Assembly (NCBI GenBank): GCA_031367385.1
Contig: JANLPS010000442.1
Coordinates: 1-15,658 of the forward strand
DNA length: 15,658 nucleotides
DNA from: Archangium sp.
Lineage (GTDB): Bacteria > Myxococcota > Myxococcia > Myxococcales > Myxococcaceae
Direction of reading: 5' to 3'
The notes below the pieces were generated by a model. It saw nothing but the letters and a program-made list of their open reading frames with translations. It ran no database searches and was not told the DNA's origin. Shown here one piece after another: positions 1 to 7,867 of the stretch. A program made the position numbers and the translations under genes. Positions within the stretch are counted from its first letter, which is position 1. Each line of letters starts with the position of its first letter.

Positions 1-45
1 AAACCTTTCAATCAGCGTGGCCGTGACCCGCGCGGGCTTCTTCAT
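1..45 (-). CDS. Possible N-terminus of a divergently transcribed gene (partial, MKKPARVTATLIERF...)
   Basis: ATG at 45 on the minus strand opens a frame running off the window edge, with mostly G/C third positions. Only 15 codons are visible. Confidence 0.35.
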   Translation of the reverse strand, partial: MKKPARVTATLIERF

Positions 46-70
46 TGCCACCGTCGATCACACCGCCCAA

Positions 71-114
71 GCGATCGCAATCATTCAATGAGTCGGTGAT
101 TTAGATGCGATCGC
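71..114. promoter_or_regulatory. Inverted repeat, candidate operator in a divergent intergenic region
   Basis: GCGATCGCA (71-79) and TGCGATCGC (106-114) flank an AT-richer core that also contains AATCA (79-83) / TGATT (97-101). Confidence 0.35.
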
Positions 115-193
115 CCTGGACTTGTTACTCACCGAAAGGCGCCCTAACGCGTGCAGTCATGGCGACGGGCCTTTTTCGGCTAGCGTCGCGCGC

Positions 194-1648
194 GTGTCCG
201 ACCGGCGTTTGACCAGATTGCTCGAGGTCGTGCGGTGGCCGACCGCGGCCGAGGCAGCGCACGCGAAGTGGTTTCAGTCAGTGGCGCTCGGCCCGGTGCT
301 GAGCGCGACCCGAACCTGGGTGCCGGCGATGGTGCCGTGGCGCGCGACGGGTGAAGGCCTGGTCACCGACGACGTCTTGAATTGGTACGAGCGCTTCGCC
401 CGCGGCCGCCCTGGGGTCATCGTGGTCGAGGCCACCGGCATTCGCGACGTGCCTTCGGGGCCATTGCTGCGCGCGGGGCATGACCGCTTCGTCGACGGTC
501 TGTCGCGGCTGACAGAGACGGTGCGCCAGGCCAGCGGCGGGCAGACCAAGCTGTTCATTCAATTGATCGACTTTCTGGCGATCAAACGCCGGCCGCCGAA
601 AGACAAGTTCTTCGCGCAGCACCTGGCGCTCACCCCGGCGCACCGAGAGCGGTTCCCGGGGCGCAGCGACGCCGACCTGAGGTCGTTTTTGGCAACCCTC
701 AGCGATGATCAGCTGCGCGAAATTCTCACGCCGCGAGAGCTCGACGCGTACACCCGAGGGCTGCACGAGCGGGTCACCGACACGCACCTGCCCCACATCG
801 CCGAGTTGCCACGGGTGCTGCCAGAGCTCTTCGCCTCGGCCGCGAAGCGCTGCGAGCGAGCGGGCTACGATGGCATCGAGCTGCACTTCGCGCACGCCTA
901 CACGATGGCGAGCTTTCTGTCGGCGCAGAACACCCGCACCGACGGCTACGGAGGCTCGCTCGAGCACCGCGTTCGCCTGCCGCTCGAGGTCTTCGCCGCG
1001 ACCCGGGCCGTGCTCTCGCCGAAGCTCGCGCTCGGGTGCCGGTTTCTCGCCGACGAGATCATCGAAGGGGGCAGCCACGTCGACGACGCCACCCACTTTG
1101 GCGTCGCCTTCGCCCGCGCGGGCATCGACTTCATCTCGCTCTCGCGCGGCGGCAAGTTCGAAGACGCGCGGCAGCCCAAGGTCGGCCAAGCGGCGTACCC
1201 GTACACCGGGCCGTCAGGGCTCGAGTGCATGCCGACGCCGATGATCTCAGCGCCAGGGCCATGGGGCCGAAACGTGCCGGCGGTGGCGCGGGTCAAGAAG
1301 GCGGTGGTCGACGCCGGGTTCGCGACGCCCATCGTGGCCTGCGGCGGCATCTCGAGCTTCTGGCAAGCCGAAGCGATTCTCGCCGAAGGAGAAGCCGACA
1401 TCGTGGCCTCGGCCCGTCAGTCGATCGCCGACCCCGACTGGTTTCTGAAGCTTCGGCTCGGCCGAGGTGAAGAAATTCGTCGCTGCTTTTTTACCAATTA
1501 CTGCGAAGGCCTCGACCAATCGCACGAAGTCGTCACCTGCCAGCGGTGGGACCGGCTCAAGGGCCAGGTCGATGACGCGACCGTGCCGAGAACGGCAGAC
1601 GGGCGGCGCACCGTGGCGCCTCCATGGTCAGCAAATGCTCCGGAATAA
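194..1648 (+). CDS. NADH:flavin oxidoreductase / Old Yellow Enzyme-family FMN TIM-barrel protein
   Basis: OYE motifs: WVPAMV, VIVVEATG, AGYDGIELHFAHAYTMASFLS, NTRTDGYGGSLEHRVR, ACGGI, ADIVASARQSIADPDW, C-terminal Cys cluster. The ORF is open from 122; the in-frame GTG at 194 is my preferred start, but it is uncertain. Confidence 0.9.
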   Translation: MSDRRLTRLLEVVRWPTAAEAAHAKWFQSVALGPVLSATRTWVPAMVPWRATGEGLVTDDVLNWYERFARGRPGVIVVEATGIRDVPSGPLLRAGHDRFVDGLSRLTETVRQASGGQTKLFIQLIDFLAIKRRPPKDKFFAQHLALTPAHRERFPGRSDADLRSFLATLSDDQLREILTPRELDAYTRGLHERVTDTHLPHIAELPRVLPELFASAAKRCERAGYDGIELHFAHAYTMASFLSAQNTRTDGYGGSLEHRVRLPLEVFAATRAVLSPKLALGCRFLADEIIEGGSHVDDATHFGVAFARAGIDFISLSRGGKFEDARQPKVGQAAYPYTGPSGLECMPTPMISAPGPWGRNVPAVARVKKAVVDAGFATPIVACGGISSFWQAEAILAEGEADIVASARQSIADPDWFLKLRLGRGEEIRRCFFTNYCEGLDQSHEVVTCQRWDRLKGQVDDATVPRTADGRRTVAPPWSANAPE

Positions 1649-1700
1649 AGCGCGTGAGCCGCCACGTTCGAGCCCACGAACCCAAGCCAAGGAGCCGTCT

Positions 1701-2112
1701 ATGGCCGAGCTGACCGCGAAGGGAGAGCGCACCGTCAACGGCTCCTGATCAGCTGTCGAAGATCTTCAGGGGCGCGAACGTGCAGAGCGACTTCAAAGAG
1801 GGCAGCCCCATCACCTGGAAAGGGGAGTGGAAGGGCAAACCCTACGAAGACAAGGGCGAGATCTTGAAAGCCGACCCCAACCACGAGCTGCGTTTCACCC
1901 ACTTCAGCCCGCTGACCGGCCAAGAAGACACGCCTGAGAATGACCACGTGGTCAGCTTCAAGCTGAACGCGCTCGGCAAGCAGACGCAGATCGAGCTGAG
2001 CCAGACGAACGCGAACGGCGAAGTGAAACCCGACGACATGATGAACCGGGCCCAGTACGAGCAGAACTGGTCGAAGATGCTCGAATCGCTGGCGAAACTG
2101 CTCAAGAGCTGA
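1701..2112 (+). pseudogene. SRPBCC/AHSA1-like (START-fold) protein, frameshifted near 1741-1748
   Basis: AAGGAG RBS (1689-1694) and ATG 1701 give MAELTAKGERTVNGS-stop. The family-like continuation (PDQLSKIFRGANVQSDFKEGSPITWKGEWKGKPYEDKGEIL...NWSKMLESLAKLL) is in another frame, and the usual VWxALTD helix is absent. Confidence 0.75.
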
Positions 2113-2137
2113 GCGAAGGTGTGGCAGACGCAGGCGC

Positions 2138-2806
2138 ATGAGACCGTACGGCTTGGCTTTGGGCTGCGTGTTGATGGCTTGCGGCGCCCCCAGCTCCACG
2201 GGCGTGAGCGACTCGGGCGCCGTCGAGCAAATCGACGCCGGAGTCGTCGATGCAGGGCTCAAGTCAGATGCCTGTGCCTCGACCTTTGGCACCAGCTTCA
2301 CCGCTGCGTTCGGGCGCATCGACGGGCGCGTGGTGGCGGTGGTGCCTCCGGGGTTTGCGTGCCCGCTGCCCAACGGCGACCATGTGGTGATTCAAGTCGC
2401 GATCGACGGAGGCGTTCACCGGCTCGTCGTCAACGTGCTCTCGAGCGGGGTCGACAAGAACATTCAGGTGCTGACGCGGCCGTTGGGCGCCCTGCCCGCT
2501 CCGGCGTACGAAGAGGGGTGGCACCCGGGCTTGACGCTCGACTATGCGAATACTCTTGGGGTTCACAGCGACCGTGACGCCGGGTGGGAGTCACTCGACC
2601 TCGAGCACGCGGCGGCGCAGGTGTACGACGCGGTGACGGTGGGGGCTCCATTGTCGGTGTACGGCACGAGCAGCGGCGGCAGCACGGCGTCGAGCGCGCA
2701 CTTGATTCACCGGCACGAGCACAATGACGACGGGGCGATCGTGGTGAACCCGACCTCGGCGTCACCGACGTGGCTGTTGTTTCACTTCGCCGAGCAGCGC
2801 TTTTAG
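2138..2806 (+). CDS. Putative lipoprotein, possible remote YukJ/DUF2278-like domain
   Basis: Signal peptide with lipobox LMAC, a DSG/DAG linker, high GC3, and motif order FGRIDG..DHVVIQV..RLVVNVLS..LDY..VYG..HLIH..DGAIVV..WLLFHF. Confidence 0.75.
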   Translation: MRPYGLALGCVLMACGAPSSTGVSDSGAVEQIDAGVVDAGLKSDACASTFGTSFTAAFGRIDGRVVAVVPPGFACPLPNGDHVVIQVAIDGGVHRLVVNVLSSGVDKNIQVLTRPLGALPAPAYEEGWHPGLTLDYANTLGVHSDRDAGWESLDLEHAAAQVYDAVTVGAPLSVYGTSSGGSTASSAHLIHRHEHNDDGAIVVNPTSASPTWLLFHFAEQRF

Positions 2807-2892
2807 CGAAGGGCCCCCCGCTCCCTCGCGGCCTCGAGCTTCAGTGCCAGCAGCTGCACCTTCGAGCCGTCATCGAGCTCAGCGCTCGTCGA
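2803..2892 (-). pseudogene. 3' remnant of an unidentified gene (STSAELDDGSKVQLLALKLEAARERGALR*)
   Basis: About 29 codons with strongly G/C third positions. The TAA stop overlaps the convergent TAG of the lipoprotein gene. It is bounded upstream by an in-frame stop with no convincing start. Confidence 0.35.
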
Positions 2893-2954
2893 TCAACGGG
2901 TGCCGCGCGCTCCGCGCACGTGAAGCTTTGATCAACCCTGCATCAACCGCGGCG

Positions 2955-2995
2955 AAAAAAGCTCGGGCCCCGCAAAGGCCCCAGGGCGACCGAGC
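2955..2995 (-). terminator. Probable Rho-independent terminator of the kinase gene
   Basis: GC-rich imperfect stem GCTCGG-GCCC...GGGC-GA-CCGAGC (2961-2995) next to A6 (2955-2960), which reads as hairpin + U6 on the minus strand about 50 nt after the kinase stop. Confidence 0.55.
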
Positions 2996-3043
2996 CGAGG
3001 CCAGGTTGCGCGCACGAAGTTGAAGCCCCTCATGACCCGAACG

Positions 3044-4726
3044 CTACAGGCTCAGCTTCTTCACCGTCAGCTGCCCCGGCTTGACCTGCACCTCGATGGT
3101 CTGGTCGATGCCTTTGCCTTCGTTCACCAGCCGAAACGTCTTGAGCCCGCTGGGCACGGTGATGTCGATGAGCGGCGTCTCGCCCAACAGCTGCTTGCCC
3201 ATGAACACCCTCGTCCACGGCACGGTGTCGAGGGTCAGGCGGCCCTTCGACGAGGCCCACACGCCGGGCGCGGGCCCGCTGCCTGTCACTTGAACCGGCG
3301 CCACGGCGTTCGACGGCCGCGGTACGTCGACCTCGACCGGCAGCAGCGGGAGCACGATCTTCACCTGTTGGCCTTCAGACTCGAGGCGCACCACCTGCTT
3401 GGCGTCGCGACGCCCGATCAACTCGGTGGAGATCTCGTGGGTGCCCACGCTCAGCCCCTTGAGGGTCAACGGCGAGAGGCCCCTGACCACCTCGTCGACG
3501 CTGACCGTGGCCCCCTCGGGGTCGGTCTCGATGGTCACCTGGGTCGGCTCGCGCGCGGGCTTGGTGGTCACTGCTGACGCCGCGGGCGACTTGCCCTTCT
3601 CGACGCGCGAGAGCGCCACGATGCCGCCGGCGATCAGCCCGAGCAGCAGCGCGCCTCCGACGATGGCCGCCGAGGTGCGCCGCACCGCCAGTGTGCGCCG
3701 GGCCTTCACCGCGGTGGTGTTGAGCCCCGAGGCACGCTTGATCGCTTCGTCGATGGCGGCGGTGCGCTGCGCGATGTTCTCGGCGAACAGCTCGACCATG
3801 TACCGCTCGATGTCGGCGTTGCTGCAGGCCTGGGGTTGCTGCCGCAGCCACTGCTCGAGCGCGACCTGCATCTGCCGCATCGAGCCGAACCGGTCGGCCC
3901 GGTCTTTCGACATCGCCTTGGCCACGATCGCGTCGAGCTCGAGCGGCACTTCGGGGTTGCGCTCGCGAGGCCGCTGCAGCGGCTGTGGGCTGGTGAGCTC
4001 GTGAAAGGCCTTGAGCTGATCTTGAATCTTGACCCGGCGCTGGCCGGTGAGCATCTCGAAGAGCACCGCGCCCAACGCGAAGATGTCTGACTGCGCATCG
4101 ACCGGCTCGCCCCGGGCCTGCTCGGGCGGCATGTAGCCGAACTTGCCTTTGACCACGCCGTCTTGCGTCTCTGAATCGCGAATCGCCGCCTTGGCGATGC
4201 CGAAGTCGACCACCTTGACCACGCCGTCGTAGGTGACGAGCAGGTTCTGCGGCGAGATGTCGCGGTGCACGATCACCAGCGGCTGCCCATCTCGGGTGGT
4301 CTTGGTGTGCGCGTGCTCGAGCGCGTCGGCGACGTTGGCGATCAACCGGGCCGAATACGCGAAGGGCAGCGGCTTCTTGCTGCGCAGGCTCTGCTGCAAG
4401 ATGCGCTGAATGCTCTCGCCGTGCAGGTACTCCATCGCGATGAAGTAGCTGCCCTCGTACGAGCCCAGCTCGAAGATCTGCACGATGTTGGGGTGCGAGA
4501 GCTGCGAGGCGATGCGCGCCTCGTCGAGAAACATGGTCAAGAATGAGTCGTCGTCAGAGGTGAGAATCTTCTTCACCACCACGACTTTTTCGAACCCCGC
4601 AGGCCCGGCCTGGTTCGCGAGCCACAGCTCCGCCATGCCCCCCCGGGCGAGCTCAGTGAGCAGCGTGTACCGGCCGATGTTGAGCTGGGCAGCCCAAGCG
4701 GTCGGAGAAGGAAGGGGCGCGTTCAA
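3044..4726 (-). CDS. Membrane Hanks-type Ser/Thr protein kinase with one TM helix and two C-terminal PEGA-like domains
   Basis: LARGGMAELW, VVVKKI, FLDEARIASQLSHPNIVQ, HRDISPQN, DFGIAK, GKFGYMPPEQ, SDIFALG; TM AAIVGGALLLGLIAGGIVAL; PEGA-like TIETDPEGATVSVD..G.SPL and LTLDTVPWTRVF..LGETPL. The TTG start is uncertain. Confidence 0.95.
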   Translation of the reverse strand: MNAPLPSPTAWAAQLNIGRYTLLTELARGGMAELWLANQAGPAGFEKVVVVKKILTSDDDSFLTMFLDEARIASQLSHPNIVQIFELGSYEGSYFIAMEYLHGESIQRILQQSLRSKKPLPFAYSARLIANVADALEHAHTKTTRDGQPLVIVHRDISPQNLLVTYDGVVKVVDFGIAKAAIRDSETQDGVVKGKFGYMPPEQARGEPVDAQSDIFALGAVLFEMLTGQRRVKIQDQLKAFHELTSPQPLQRPRERNPEVPLELDAIVAKAMSKDRADRFGSMRQMQVALEQWLRQQPQACSNADIERYMVELFAENIAQRTAAIDEAIKRASGLNTTAVKARRTLAVRRTSAAIVGGALLLGLIAGGIVALSRVEKGKSPAASAVTTKPAREPTQVTIETDPEGATVSVDEVVRGLSPLTLKGLSVGTHEISTELIGRRDAKQVVRLESEGQQVKIVLPLLPVEVDVPRPSNAVAPVQVTGSGPAPGVWASSKGRLTLDTVPWTRVFMGKQLLGETPLIDITVPSGLKTFRLVNEGKGIDQTIEVQVKPGQLTVKKLSL

Positions 4727-4775
4727 GGCACGAATCTCGCTTTGACAATAGCTCGTCGCTTACAGTGCGGGCCCG

Positions 4776-5768
4776 ATGTCTTTTCGAGCCCGTGGCCTGG
4801 CAGCGTTGATCACCCTCGGCGCCTCTGTGACACCAGCGGCCGCCGCCCCGACCTCGGTGGTCGAGGCCCGGCGCCTGGTGGCCGAGGTGCGTTACGAGGA
4901 GGCCCGTCGCATGCTCGAGAAATTACAGGCGATCGAGGGGCACCCGCTGAGCACGACCCTCGAATTGCTCGAGCTGCAGGGTGTCGTTGCAGGTGCGCTG
5001 AAACAGCCTGACAAGGCCCGCATGGCGTTCAAGAAGCTGCTCTCGCTCAAGCCCGATGCACACCTTTCGGCAGATTTGGCTCCACGCATCTCGACGCCGT
5101 TCTTCGAAGCGAAGGGGTGGCTGACCTCACACGCGCCCTTGAGCTTCACCGCGAGGCCTGCAACCCTCGAAGAGGGCCGAATCACCGGAGTGGGCGTGGT
5201 GCTCAAAGACGACCAGCTCTCGTTGGCCCGAAAGATTCGGCTTTTTGCCCGCGTGGGTGATGGGCCGATCGAGCAGCTCGAGCAACCGGCGGCAGCGCAG
5301 GTGTCGATGGCCGTGTCGGGTACCGACGTCGCGTGGTGGGGCGAGCTGATTGGCGAGCGCGACGCGATCATCGCCGAGGTCGGCAGCGGCGCGAGCCCTG
5401 TTCTCGAGACGGCGCGGCCCGGGGTGGTCAAAGACCCGAGCGGGCCACCGATGGTCAAAGCCCCGCCTTCGCCGTCGGCCCCGCTTCGCATCGCCGCGGT
5501 GGTGAGCGCCAGCCTGGGAGTGATTGGCCTCGGCACCGGTGCGGTCTTCGGCGTTCGCTCGAGCCAGGCCCGCGCGCAGTTCGACCGCGCTACCGGGGCG
5601 ATGCAGCTGGTGACCAGCCTGACCCGGGCGCAAGCGGTGAAGCTCGACGCCGACGCACGCTCGCAGGCGTTGACCGCCAATGTGATGTTCATCACCGGAG
5701 CGGCGCTGATCATCACCGGCGTGGTGCTCTGGCTCCTCGGCGAGCCTGCTGCGGAGCGTGCCCCATGA
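4776..5768 (+). CDS. Exported TPR-like protein with central beta domain and C-terminal two-helix membrane hairpin
   Basis: Signal peptide ending PAAAA; TPR-like EARRLVAEVRYEEARRML..ARMAFKKLLSLKPD; Pro-rich linker; two hydrophobic Gly-rich helices (IAAVVSASLGVIGLGTGAVFGV; VMFITGAALIITGVVLWLLG). Confidence 0.85.
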   Translation: MSFRARGLAALITLGASVTPAAAAPTSVVEARRLVAEVRYEEARRMLEKLQAIEGHPLSTTLELLELQGVVAGALKQPDKARMAFKKLLSLKPDAHLSADLAPRISTPFFEAKGWLTSHAPLSFTARPATLEEGRITGVGVVLKDDQLSLARKIRLFARVGDGPIEQLEQPAAAQVSMAVSGTDVAWWGELIGERDAIIAEVGSGASPVLETARPGVVKDPSGPPMVKAPPSPSAPLRIAAVVSASLGVIGLGTGAVFGVRSSQARAQFDRATGAMQLVTSLTRAQAVKLDADARSQALTANVMFITGAALIITGVVLWLLGEPAAERAP

Positions 5769-7516
5769 GACGGTTCGCGATGCTCGCCGCGCTGGCGACC
5801 CTGGGCGCGGGGTGCACCTGCAACCCGTTGGCGATCGACTCGGTGAAATACCAGTGCAGCAAAGACGACGACTGCGGCCCGGGGTACCTGTGCGTGGCCT
5901 CGGTGTGCTCGACCTCGAGGGGCGTCGATGGGGGCCCCGGGCTGACCGATGGTGGCCTGCCGTCGGGCGATGCGGGCGTGGCCGACGCGGGCTTCGACGC
6001 CGGCTGCGTGAGCGGGCTGCGTGAGCTCTGCGACAACGGGGTCGACGACACCTGCGACGGGCTGAAAGACTGCGCCGACCCCAGCTGCGGCGGTCAGGTG
6101 TGTGGCGCCAACGGCCGCTTCTGCACGCCTGATGGTGGCGTGTGCGCCTGCAGCGGCAATGGCGGAGTCGCCGAAGCCGTCGAGACCCTCTGCGGCGACG
6201 GGTTCGACAACGACTGCAACGGCAAGCCCGACTGTATGGACAAAGACGCCTGCGCCGGGCTCTCGTGCGACGCGACGTTGCCGCTGACCTGCCAGGGCCC
6301 CAAGTGTCTGTGCTCACCCGACGCAGGCGTCAAAGGTGGCCCGGAGACCAGCTGCCTCAATCGCAAAGACGACAACTGCAACGGCCTGGTTGACTGTGAA
6401 GAGACCAGCTGCGCGGGCCAACCTTGCTCGGCCCTCGGCGGCACCTGCGTCGGCTCGACTTGCGCCTGCACCAACCCCGGCGGCGTGGTCGAGGCGAGCG
6501 AGGCGACCTGCGATGACATGAAAGACAACGACTGCGACGGGCTGGTCGATTGCAAAGATCAGAGCTGCGGCGGCAAGACCTGCGGTGCGGCGGGCATGCT
6601 CTGCGCGGGCAGCTCGTGCCAGTGCGGCGGTAACGGCGGCACCGCCGAAGCCACCGAGCGCAGCTGCGGTGACGGCCACGACAATGACTGCGACTTCTTG
6701 GTCGACTGCGCCGACACCGACTGCAACCAGAAGGCCTGCAGCTTGACCGGCAAGTCGTGCCAGGGCGGCACCTGCACCTGCACCGCTGGGGGCGGCGTGG
6801 TGCAAGCGACCGAGACGCTGTGCGGCGACACCAAAGACAACGATTGTAACGGCAAGACCGACTGTGGTGACCCGAGCTGTGACGGGTTAGCCTGCGGCGG
6901 AGTCGGGAAGATTTGCGTGGCGAACGCCTGCGTCTGCCAGGTACCCGGCGGCACCGTCGAGGTGACCGAGACGCTGTGCAGCGATGGCAAAGACAACGAC
7001 TGCGACGGGCTTCTCGATTGCGATGACCCCGATTGCGACACCAAGCTGTGCTCTGGCTTCGGGCTGCGCTGCTCGGGCCTCAAGTGCAAATGCACGGGTG
7101 GTCAGGTGGGGGGCACGTACGAGGTCAGCGAGACCACCTGCGGCGACGGGCTCGACAACGACTGCAACGGGTCGGCAGATTGCGATGACTCCAATTGCCT
7201 GAGTCAGAAGTGCGGCCCGCACAGCTATTGCTGTGGGGGGGCGAGGGGCTGTGTCGACACTTCGACGACGTCTGACTGCGGTGGGTGCGGGCTGACCTGC
7301 GCGGCCTCGAAGAACTGCGTGCTCGTACAGGCGGTGAAGGCCGGGTACGAGTGCATGTGCTCGAACAGCGCGCCGACCTGCCCGATGGGCACCGGCTCAT
7401 CGCAGGTCTGCAGCGGCAGCTTCTGCGAGTGCACGCCCTCGAGTAACTTGGTTTCGGCCCAGTGTGGCCCAGCGCAGGTGTGCGACCTGGGCAAGTTCTG
7501 CAGCCTCAAAGAGTGA
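5765..7516 (+). CDS. Cys-rich repeat lipoprotein (583 aa) with 8 acidic C-x-DG-x-DNDC-x-G-x2-DC repeats (MopE-related putative metal-binding motif-like)
   Basis: ATG overlaps the upstream TGA (ATGA, 5765-5768); MRRFAMLAALATLGAG-C lipobox; DGG/DAG linker; 8 repeats. The ORF-track start at 5333 lies inside the upstream gene. Confidence 0.88.
   Translation: MRRFAMLAALATLGAGCTCNPLAIDSVKYQCSKDDDCGPGYLCVASVCSTSRGVDGGPGLTDGGLPSGDAGVADAGFDAGCVSGLRELCDNGVDDTCDGLKDCADPSCGGQVCGANGRFCTPDGGVCACSGNGGVAEAVETLCGDGFDNDCNGKPDCMDKDACAGLSCDATLPLTCQGPKCLCSPDAGVKGGPETSCLNRKDDNCNGLVDCEETSCAGQPCSALGGTCVGSTCACTNPGGVVEASEATCDDMKDNDCDGLVDCKDQSCGGKTCGAAGMLCAGSSCQCGGNGGTAEATERSCGDGHDNDCDFLVDCADTDCNQKACSLTGKSCQGGTCTCTAGGGVVQATETLCGDTKDNDCNGKTDCGDPSCDGLACGGVGKICVANACVCQVPGGTVEVTETLCSDGKDNDCDGLLDCDDPDCDTKLCSGFGLRCSGLKCKCTGGQVGGTYEVSETTCGDGLDNDCNGSADCDDSNCLSQKCGPHSYCCGGARGCVDTSTTSDCGGCGLTCAASKNCVLVQAVKAGYECMCSNSAPTCPMGTGSSQVCSGSFCECTPSSNLVSAQCGPAQVCDLGKFCSLKE
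6023..7198 (+). repeat. Eight intragenic coding repeats, period 156-162 nt
   Basis: The repeat-initial Glu codon falls at 6023, 6182, 6344, 6500, 6656, 6812, 6968 and 7130. Confidence 0.9.
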
Positions 7517-7522
7517 CGACCT

Positions 7523-7548
7523 GCGGGGTCCAAGCGGTAGGGCCCCGC
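7523..7548 (+). terminator. Stem-loop just after the lipoprotein stop (terminator or mRNA-stabilising hairpin)
   Basis: GCGGGGTCC-AAGCGGTA-GGGCCCCGC, a 9-bp stem with one G-U pair, 6 nt after TGA. No U-tract. Confidence 0.4.
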
Positions 7549-7867
7549 TCGACGGCCTAGGCTGTGCGACCCGCACTGCCGCTTACTGCAGTGACTCTTG
7601 TGTGTGGTTCATCGCGTCAGTGTCGTCTCGGGAGCTGGCTCGCGGTCGCCACGAGTCGCCCGCTGATCATCGACTTCTCGCAGTGTGCAGCGCGTGAGCT
7701 TCGAAGCGGGCGCAGCTCCGAAAGCTTGCTCTCGGAGCGCCCGCCGGGTGTGGCGACTTGCACCACCCCACGCGAGGCATGGCGAGAATGCGGGCCCAGG
7801 CTCAGTCACCCGCCCGGGAGACAAGCACCCGAACAAGGCCTTGGGGTTGCATCAGGGGCGGCCACCC

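Noticed and set aside
71..114. GCGATCGC as cyanobacterial HIP1
   Set aside because: I noticed only this local pair, and the gene content is myxobacterial, not cyanobacterial.
4742..4766. Perfect TTGACA followed by TACAGT as a sigma70 promoter for the TPR gene
   Set aside because: The spacer is only 13 nt (about 17 expected). Promoters must lie near here, but this pairing is unsupported.
5333..5764. N-terminal extension of the 727-aa ORF
   Set aside because: It overlaps the TPR gene in another frame and is Arg-rich shadow sequence. The signal peptide and ATGA coupling place the start at 5765.
7655..7685. PLIIDFS peptide resembling a kinase DFG region
   Set aside because: Too short, and no other kinase motifs lie nearby.
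7685..7867. N-terminal extension of the 836-aa ORF
   Set aside because: It has non-coding character and hairpins, and would bury the signal peptide that starts at TTG 7868.
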